A stretch of DNA of 28,589 nt, from NCBI RefSeq assembly GCF_006345805.1, contig NW_021835616.1, positions 1 to 28,589 of the forward strand. Reading direction: 5' to 3'. Numbering within the stretch: position 1 is the stretch's first letter; each line of letters opens with the position of its first letter. Below are positions 20,467 through 28,589 of the stretch, piece after piece. Under the pieces are notes generated by a model, which searched no databases, had not been told where the DNA came from, and worked only from the letters and a program-made list of their open reading frames with translations. Origin of the DNA: Octopus sinensis. Lineage: Eukaryota. Made by a program: the position numbers and the translations under genes.

Positions 20467-20739
20467 ATGTATGTATGTATGTATGTATGTATGTATGTAT
20501 GTATGTATGTATTCCTACGCGCGTTCGTATTTTGCGTCGTAAACAATTCCTGTTCTAGTTTTATTTGTAAATAACCCTTTCATTTCTTCTTTTCTTTTTT
20601 TTTTTCATTCTTTCTTCATACTTTCTGATTTCTTTACAGCTATTATTTTCGAACATCGCACCGCAATTTTCCCCACCCCCATATCTATCAATAAACGTTT
20701 CTAGATCTTCACAGTCTTATCTTCTGGCTGGTGTAATAA

Positions 20740-21130
20740 TGGTGGTGTGGGTTGCCTCTTTATTGCAGACAGTTCTTACCGTCGGTATTTCAATGTAGAT
20801 TCATATGTCATAAATCAAGTGTTTATCTTCTTGATTTACGTATATCAGTTCTGAGTTAGTTTATCATTGCGCCTGGCATACAATAAGTATTGTTTCTATT
20901 ATCACTGGCCTATTTTCACGGGGAATTCTGTCTACGATATATTTGTTGTGAATGCTTTCTAATCTCCTTTGGTTCTGTGTTATGTGATAAAGTATACTAA
21001 CAATTTCACCTTGCTGTAAATGCAGTGTGAGTCGCCGTTGTTTATCATATGTGTATGGCCAATATAAATGAATTGAGAAATATTAAAAGTTACACGTTTT
21101 TCTACCAATTTTCTAATTCCTAGTGGCTGG
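20740..21130 (-). mobile_element. Highly decayed second PLE-type GIY-YIG endonuclease remnant
   Basis: Minus strand FIYIGHT (21052-21066 for YIGHT), then after a frameshift KQRRLTLHLQQGEI (21002-21037 for RRLTLHLQQGEI)...RPVIIETILIV; pattern YIGxT...RRLTxHLQxGxI recalled from PLE endonucleases; boundaries approximate. Confidence 0.55.
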
Positions 21131-22046
21131 TCGTTAGTAGCTTGACTACAGGTTTGCAATTTTTGTGGTTTGCAATTGAGAAGAACATTTTGTGTGCCCT
21201 TGGTGGTCAGCTATTACAGATGGGGAGCAATCTCTCTTAGATTAAGTTAAGTTGAAATAGATTTCAAAGTTTGGAATAAAGGTCGACAGAGCATACACAT
21301 TTAACATTTTTTCTATTCATCATGAAGCTTATAAAGTTTCTAGTCGTTGGTGGACATGTATACCGCCATTTCATCCTTCTCTAGAATCGTCAGCATAGCA
21401 TAACTTGACATAAATAAATTACACTAAATTCAACAGTTTACGAAATTAGACAATTGTTATAAAAGAAAATAGCAAACAATTTAAAAGGTATTTCTGACCC
21501 TTTTTTATCGCCCTAGATCGTTAACAGTTCAACAATACAGAAAAGAAAGAGAGAGTATTTCTTACATGCAGGCTAATATTTTCCAGCTCGTAGTTACAAT
21601 CAAATTCTTATCTGTATTTTTTAGTATTTTCTTTATTGGTGTAAATAAAGGATTCAGGTTGTATTTTTTTTATTCTGTTCTGTCAGTATGAAATAACAGC
21701 CTGAAACCTTTCTTTATTTGCTAGTAAATTACTAATGTTTTATTGGTTGTTTGGAGAAAGATATTTTGTTTTCTGTAAATCTGAAAGTTGTAAACACTAC
21801 AGTTTTTGACTGTTATGTGAGGCATATGCTCTTTCACTTTTAAACTAGCTTCAGTGATTGGATGCCTGGCCATACTAGAAAATCATCTTAATGCGTTTAG
21901 TCGATCGTAACTATCTGTGTATCTATTTTCTGTATGGCATTTGCTTATCGGTCACTAGTTATCGAAAGACTAAGTTGGTTTGTAAAGTAAAAGCATGCAA
22001 CTTGATGCGCAGTTTCAAACCGGTATACATAAACACACACACAGAT

Positions 22047-22080
<34 letters not shown>

Positions 22081-22095
22081 ACACACACACATACA

Positions 22096-22133
<38 letters not shown>

Positions 22134-22289
22134 TTCTGCATCAATAAAATTCTACTCCTAAATTATTGCCAATCCATGACAACAGCAGGAGTCATTTGGC
22201 CAAACTGCCATATAGTGGTTTCGAACCTGGAACCACATTTTTGAAATGTATTATTCATTAGCCACAAGGCTATGTCTGCGTGTGGGCGT

Positions 22290-22297
22290 GTGCTTTT

Positions 22298-22371
<74 letters not shown>

Positions 22372-22618
22372 TCTCTATATATATATACATACATACACGC
22401 ATTTATAATACATACATACATACATACATACATGCATACATACATACTTACATACATGCATATACATACATACATATACATATATACATGCATACATACA
22501 TACTTACATACATACACACATACATACACGCATATATACACACTTACATAACATATATATCATACATACATACATACATACATACATACATACATACATA
22601 CATACATACATACATACA

Positions 22619-22648
<30 letters not shown>
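22290..22648. repeat. (CT)n, (TA)n and (CATA)n microsatellite block
   Basis: Direct reading. Confidence 0.95.
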
Positions 22649-22649
<1 letters not shown>

Positions 22650-22713
22650 GCGCAGAAGTCGCGTACCTGTAAAAATGCCATTTTGCCATAACATCTTCAT
22701 ATTTGTTATTTTT

Positions 22714-22771
22714 GTAAGTAAATGTGAGAAATATTCATAAAATGATTATTGCTTTTTTTTTTAAATTTCAG
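22714..22771 (+). other. Candidate 58-bp GT-AG intron in the transposon 5' UTR
   Basis: GTAAGT donor at 22714, T-rich tract, TTTCAG acceptor ending 22771, 16 nt before the ATG. Confidence 0.45.
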
Positions 22772-22906
22772 AACCATTTCAGAGAAGATGTCAATAAATG
22801 AACATATTGAAGTTATCCTTTGGTGCGGTTCAGCTGGAAGCTCAAATCGATCACTTGCACGGCAGTTTAAAAGCATTCATCCTGAAAGGACGTCTATTGA
22901 TAAAGT

Positions 22907-23905
22907 CAACAGTGGCAATGTTATTAAAAAGGTTTAAATAAACGGGAAGAGGCCATGATCAAGAACGTTACGATAGACAAGGACAACAGTGGGAAGTATT
23001 AAAAAGGTTTAAATAAAAGGGAAGAAGCCATGATAGAACGTTACGATAGGCTAAGACAACAGTGGGAAGGTTATAAAAAAAGGTTTAAATAAACGGGAAG
23101 AGGCCATGATCAAGATCGTTACGATAGACCAAGACAACGGTAGGAACGTTATTAAAAAGGTTTTAAAAAACGGGAAGTGGCCGTGATCAAGATCGTTACG
23201 ATAGACCAAGACAACGGTAGGAACGTTATTAAAAAGGTTTTAAAAAACGGGAAGTGGCCGTGATCAAGATCGTTACGATAGACCAAGACAACAGTAGGAA
23301 CGTTATTAAAAATGTTTTAAAAAACGGGAAGTGGCCGTGATCAAGATCGTTACGATAGACCAAGACAACGGTAGGAACGTTATTAAAAAGGTTTTAAAAA
23401 ACGGGAAGTGGCCGTGATCAAGATCGTTACGATAGACCAAGACAACGGTAGGAACGTTATTAAAAAGGTTTTAAAAAACGGGAAGTGGCCGTGATCAAGA
23501 TCGTTACGATAGACCAAGACAACGGTAGGAACGTTATTAAAAAGGTTTTAAAAAACGGGAAGTGGCCGTGATCAAGAACGTTACGATAGACCAAGACAAT
23601 AGTGGGAAGGTTATTAAAAAAGGTTTAAATAAACGGGAAGAGGCCATGATTGAGAACGTTACGATAGACCAAGACAACAGTGGGAAGGTTATTAAAAAGG
23701 CTTAAATAAATGGGAAGTGGCCGTGATCAAGATCGTTACAATAGACCAAGACGACAGTGGCAATGTTATTAAAAAGGTGTAAATAAACGGAAAGAGGCCA
23801 TGATCAAGATCGTTACGATAGACCAAGACAACAGTGGGAAGGTTATTAAAAAGGTTTTAAAAAACGGAAAGTGGCCGTGATCGAGATCGTTTCGATTGAC
23901 CAAGA
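22907..23905 (+). repeat. 77-bp minisatellite, 13 copies, derived from transposase coding sequence
   Basis: Unit starts at 22907, 22984, 23057, 23135, 23212, 23289, 23366, 23443, 23520, 23597, 23675, 23752, 23829 (73-78 bp); central copies near-identical. Confidence 0.97.
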
Positions 23906-24237
23906 AGAGTAACAGATGAAGCAGCCGCATTGACTGTGCTTACTCATATTCAACGGAACCCAATAAACTTTCTCAAAAAACTGGTGTCGTTAGATGTTCG
24001 TTTCAGTGTATTTAAAAATGCTGGTTTTCCATCTGTTTAAAATCCATTTAGTTCAGGAGTAATATGGCAACGGTAGAGACCCGGGAATGGAATTCTGTTA
24101 TTAGATCCTTTCTAAAACCCAACAATCTATTTAAAAACATTATCTCGGGTGAAGCCGTCTTTCATCTTATGCAACCGGTAAAAAGGGCATAAAGGCCCGG
24201 TATTGGGCATTATGTCCTCTATCCGCATTGGATAGAT

Positions 24238-24440
24238 CAGTGCTTTTCAAACTTTTTGCTGGAGCGGAACCCCAAGGAAACATTCCACTGGCTCGAGGAA
24301 CCCCTGTGCAATAATTTAATAGTCTTATGCACACATATCTGCACAGGAGAATTAAAAATTACTGCCGATTTTAGCAGTTTTGTAACTTCTTGCGGAACCC
24401 CTGGACTGTACTGGCGGAACTCTGGTTGAAAACTACATTG
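24238..24440. mobile_element. hAT-type MITE inserted in the transposase
   Basis: Ends CAGTGCTTTTCAA ... TTGAAAACTACATTG, subterminal GGAACCCC repeats; CATTGGATAGAT at 24226-24237 and 24436-24447; removal restores HWIDDS. Confidence 0.85.
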
Positions 24441-24679
24441 GATAGATGATAGCAATTCACAGAACGACCCTCGAGTTGCGGTGTGGGTTGGCATCTGGGG
24501 TGAAAGAATAATTGGACCCCACTTCTTCAACGTACAGTGAATGCTGACTTATAATTAGAAATTCTCGAATCAAAGAACTCGCACATAATTTCAGCAGGAT
24601 GGAACACAGCTACACTTTGACAACTCTGTAGGAAATTTTTAAATGTTAATTTCGCCAATCGATAGATTTTTAATTCTTT

Positions 24680-25072
24680 ATTGACCAAGAGGGGCTAAAC
24701 ACAGAAGGGACAAACAAGGACTGACAAACGGATTAAGTCGATTATATCTACCCCAGTGCGTAACTGGTACTTATTTAATCGACCCCGAAAGGATGAAAGG
24801 CAAAGTCGACCTCGGCGGAATTTGTACTCAGAACGTAGCGGCAGACGAAATACCTATTTCTTTACTACCCACAAGGGGCTAAACACAGAAGGGACAAACA
24901 AGGACAGACAAACGGATTAAGCCGATTATATCGACCCCAGTGCGTAACTGGTACTTATTTAATCGACCCCGAAAGGATGAAAGGCAAAGTCGACCTCGGC
25001 GGAATTTGAACTCAGACGAAATACGGCTACGCATTTTGCCCGGCGTACTAACGTTTCTACCAGCTCGCCGCC
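24680..25072 (-). mobile_element. Family B-variant SINE with 184-bp tandem duplication of body and tail
   Basis: Head GGCGGCGAGCTGGTAGAAACGTTAGTACGCCGGGC at 25072; GGGGCTAAAC recurs at 24691 and 24875. Confidence 0.9.
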
Positions 25073-25439
25073 TTTCGCCAGCAGATGAAGTCCTGTGTCT
25101 TGGCCACTGAGGTCTCTAGACCTAATACCCCTATGGGGGTATCTTAAGTCCGTTGTGTATACAACTCGCACGAGAAGTGTTTGAGAATTAAAACAAAACC
25201 TAAGAATTCAATGCGCAAAGATTGGCACCGAAGTCTTGAATAACGAACAAAATTCCCTTTTTTTTTCGTTGAAGGAAATCAGTTTAAACAATCATTGTAA
25301 TTATTTTTTGGTCGCGAGATAATAATTTCGTGATAATGAATATTATGCAAATAAAATAAAAGATTATCGTATCTCTTGCATAAACGATTTTCTTATCAAT
25401 TAGGTTGCTGCCCGACTTTTGCGCCACTGTGTATGTAAA

Positions 25440-25499
25440 TCTGTGTGTGTGTATGTGTATGTGAGTGTGTGTGTATGTGTGTGTGTGCGCGCGTGCGTC

Positions 25500-25552
<53 letters not shown>

Positions 25553-25613
25553 TATATACAGATTCCAATTATATAAATATATCCGTTTAATACACACACA
25601 CACCCACACATAC

Positions 25614-25659
<46 letters not shown>

Positions 25660-25900
25660 ATAGACCTAAATAAACATGCAAGTATGATATATGTCAGTAT
25701 ATATGGGTGCCAGCATGGCCACAGCTCATTAGCTGAAACTAGAAAAATCAAAAATCAAAATCAAAATCATATGTAAACATATAACTACATCTAAATCTAT
25801 ATCTCTATCTATAATGTATGTATGTACGAATGTATGTATGTATGTATGTATGTATGTATGTATGTATGTGTGTACATATATGTAGATGTATATATAAGTA

Positions 25901-25965
<65 letters not shown>

Positions 25966-25985
25966 AATATATATATAATAATACA
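25440..25985. repeat. TG/TA/CA/TATG microsatellite cluster
   Basis: Direct reading. Confidence 0.9.
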
Positions 25986-26279
25986 CGCAGAGGCATATAT
26001 GTATGTCATATTGTCATATGCATTTTAATTTGCATATAAGTGTTTGCGCGTGCACGCTCGACTGAGGCGCCCTCTCATGCGTGACGATCGCTTCAGCTTT
26101 GTCAAATGACAGACGTCTCCTTATTCACCGCTCATTAATCTCCGTTCATGCGCGCTCTCAGATGACTCTCAAGACGAGCTGTCCAATTAACCAACGTCTT
26201 AGAGAAAACATTGACGTAGCAAAATGAACAAAACGAGGCGATTAAGACATCTACACGTCATTAAATTATACAGGAATTA

Positions 26280-26590
26280 GTGAAGGCGCGTGGCTAAGTG
26301 GTTAGGGGGGTGTTCACCTTACGATACCAAGGTCCTGCGTTCGATTCCCGGCGGTGTGTTGTTCGTGTCTCTTGATTAAGATGTTTTATTTCACGTTGCT
26401 CCGGTCCACTAAGCTGGCAAGAATTAGCTGTACCAGTAATTCAAAGGGCTAGCTATGTCACATACTGTGTCTCCCTCAGAATCACATTATGGTACGCGTG
26501 TTTGCATGAGGGCTGCTCAGCCACTTGTACGTTAATTTCACGTGCAGGCTGTTCCATTAAATCGGAACAACTGGAACCCTCAGTGCCACG
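26280..26590 (+). mobile_element. tRNA-derived SINE, family E (diverged)
   Basis: GTGAAGGCGCGTGGCTAAGTGGTTAGG (A box), GTTCGATTCCC (B box), TTTATTTCACGTTGCTCCGGTCCACTAAGCTGG; head related to family D, different 3' body. Confidence 0.75.
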
Positions 26591-26679
26591 CTTATTTTTT
26601 ATTTTTTTTTTTTATGAGAGCCAACGCACTAAACTTTCGGACCTTGAGTCACTCTGTTACTTCTGTTAAATAATATACG

Positions 26680-26765
26680 TACATACATGTATACATGTGT
26701 GTATGTATGTATGTATGTATGTATGTATGTATGTATGTATGTATGTATGTATGTATGTATGTATG

Positions 26766-26804
<39 letters not shown>

Positions 26805-26928
26805 ATGTATGTATGTATGTATGTATGTATGCGTGTATGTATGTATGTATGTATGGGTGTATGTATGTATGCATGTGTGTATGTATGTATGTATGTATGT
26901 ATGTATGTATGTATGTATTATGTATGTA

Positions 26929-26965
<37 letters not shown>

Positions 26966-27243
26966 ATGTATGTATGTATGTATGTATGTATGTGTGTGTG
27001 GTGTGTGTTGTGTATGTATGTATGTATGTATGTATGTATGTATGTATGTATGTATGCGTGTATGTGTGTATTATGTATGTATGGGTGTATGTATGTATGT
27101 ATGCATGTGTGTATGTATGTATGTTTGTATGTATGTATGTATGCATGTATGTATGTATGTATCTATGTATGTATGTGTGTGTGTATGTATGTATGTGTGT
27201 ATGCATGCATGCATGTATGTATGTATGTATGTATGTATGTGTA
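26680..27243. repeat. Long (TATG)n/(TG)n compound microsatellite
   Basis: Direct reading; directly abuts the next SINE head. Confidence 0.95.
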
Positions 27244-27244
27244 T

Positions 27245-27399
27245 GTGGCTGTGTGGTAAGAAGCTTGCTTCCCAACCGACATGGTTCCAGGTTCAGTCCC
27301 ACAGCGTGACACTTCGGGCAAACGTCTTCCACTAAAGCCTCGGGCCGACCGAAGCCTTGTGAGTGGATTTGATAGACAGAAACTGGACGAAGCCTATCG

Positions 27400-27432
<33 letters not shown>

Positions 27433-27442
27433 TTGTTTGTTT

Positions 27443-27504
<62 letters not shown>

Positions 27505-27710
27505 TATGTCTGTGTTTGTCCCCCCAACGTCGCTTGACAACCGATGCTGATGTGTTTAAGTCCCCGTAACTTAGCGGTTCGGCAAAAGAGAATGATAGAA
27601 TAAGCACCAGGCATGCAAAAGAATAAGTCCTGGGATCGAGGTCGATTTGTTCGACTAAAGGCGGTGCTACAGCATGGCTGCAGTCAAATGACAATAGAAT
27701 AAAAGAATAA
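27245..27710 (+). mobile_element. SINE family A, full length
   Basis: Head, CORE-like region, internal TA/TG, tail. Confidence 0.9.
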
Positions 27711-27758
27711 ATAATACAATATTGCATAAGCATTTTATAATGTTTTTTTTCTTTTCAG

Positions 27759-27822
27759 GAAAATGGCTGCTTCGCGGCAGCTAATGGTTCACGGGCCACC
27801 GCTTTGAGTTACACTGGATTAG
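27759..27822 (+). CDS. Candidate 64-bp internal host exon, product unidentified (ENGCFAAANGSRATALSYTGL-G)
   Basis: Strong acceptor TGTTTTTTTTCTTTTCAG (AG 27757-27758), donor AG|GTAACA (GT 27823-27824); only phase 0 is stop-free; lies in a unique island between two SINEs. No homology recognised. Confidence 0.45.
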
Positions 27823-27916
27823 GTAACAAACCTCTTACCACACAAGTGACGCCTGCGCCTTTCTGTAAATAATTTCTCACCTTCCTGAGACGAATTGGGT
27901 AACAAAGCCTAAACAA

Positions 27917-28331
27917 CAGGAGTGGCTGTGTGGTAAGTAGTTTGCTAACCATCCACATGGTTCCGGGTTCAGTCCCACTGCGTGGCACTTTGGGCAAGTG
28001 TCTTCTGCTATAGCCCCGGGCCGACCAAAGCCTTGTGAGTGGATTTGGTAGACGGAAATTAAAAGAAGCCTGTTGTATATATGTATATATATATGTATGT
28101 ATATGTGTGTGTTTGTGTGTCTGTGTTTCTCCCCCTAGCATTGTTTGACATCCGATGCTGGTGTGTTTACGTCCCCGTCACTTAGCGGTTCGGCAAAAGG
28201 GACCCATAGAATAAGTACTGGGCTTACAAAGAATAAGTCCCGGGGTCGATTTGCTCAACTAACGGCGGTACTCCAGCATGGCCGCAGTCAAATGACTGAA
28301 ACAAGTAAAAGAGTAAAAGAGTAAAAGAGTA
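27917..28331 (+). mobile_element. SINE family A, full length
   Basis: CAGGAGTGGCTGTGTGGTAAG head to (AGTAAAAG)n tail. Confidence 0.92.
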
Positions 28332-28529
28332 ACATCCTGTGTGCTGTCACAATTACAGTTTATATGAATAATCGACTCTGATAGAGAAGGGAGTGACGAA
28401 ATGTGTAATGTCGTACTTTAACGGGCGTTGGCACGTCATTTATTCTGAATGCACGATCTTGTCTTCAAAGTCAATGAGTAAAAGCTTTTTACTGCTTGCT
28501 GCGTCATCTTTTGCACCAAGATATTTTTA

Positions 28530-28589
28530 CACCAAGATATGCTTAGCGGTATTTCGTCTGCGTTACGTTCTTGAGTTCAAATTCCGCCG
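28530..28589 (+). mobile_element. Family B SINE fragment running off the window end
   Basis: ATGCTTAGCGGTATTTCGTCTG...GAGTTCAAATTCCGCCG. Confidence 0.8.

Larger units (their letters stand above)
22650..25429 (+). mobile_element. Decayed near-complete Tc1/mariner-superfamily transposon with nested insertions
   Basis: ATG 22788 MSINEHIEVILWCGSAGSSNRSLARQFKSIHPER...STVAMLLKRFK*TG; after the minisatellite PRRVTDEAAALTVLTHIQRNP; then HLFKIHLVQE, SGEAVFHL, HWIDDS...RVAVWVGIWGERIIGPHFFN, FQQDGTQLHF; after the SINE WPLRSLDLIPL-WGYLKSVVY...ELKQ...VEGNQFKQSL*. TIR remnants GCGCAGAAGTCGCG (22650-22663) vs reverse complement of right end CAGTGGCGCAAAAGTCGGG (ends 25429). Confidence 0.9.

Noticed and set aside
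20581-20800. Strong polypyrimidine tract and AG at 20638-20639
   Set aside because: No convincing donor; downstream sequence is better explained as the antisense of a decayed PLE.
22907-23905. CRISPR-like array
   Set aside because: Units are contiguous with no unique spacers, context is eukaryotic, and the unit is transposase-derived.
362-28141. Dozens of ORFs rich in CV, YI, HT, ER, LS or MYVC repeats
   Set aside because: Translations of TG, TA, CA, GA, GATA and TATG microsatellites, which lack stops in some frames.

Overview
Repeat-saturated eukaryotic intronic/intergenic DNA, most likely from an octopus (inferred from the tRNA-derived SINE families and the extreme TA/TG/TATG/ATT microsatellite load). 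No complete host gene is visible; there is one plausible 64-bp internal exon (27759-27822). Nearly all ORF-track entries are microsatellite artefacts. Real coding homology is limited to decayed transposons: two deleted mariners (5306-5863, ~13560-13925), a nearly complete Tc1/mariner element (22650-25429) carrying a 13 x ~77-bp minisatellite made from its own transposase plus a nested hAT MITE and SINE, a Tx1/L1-type LINE 3' fragment (9229-9710), and two different Penelope-like (PLE) GIY-YIG endonuclease remnants (~18930-19620, ~20740-21130). At least five tRNA-headed SINE families are present. The most notable signal is four minimal type I hammerhead-ribozyme motifs (7683-7717, 14048-14094, 17389-17426, 20108-20142) in short PLE-like/retrozyme-like elements, with compensatory stem changes between families. 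Also notable are two long palindromes in the first 640 bp and a 40-bp inverted copy of the LINE fragment's 5' breakpoint 2.8 kb away. All assignments are by eye; family names are from recalled motif knowledge and need database confirmation.
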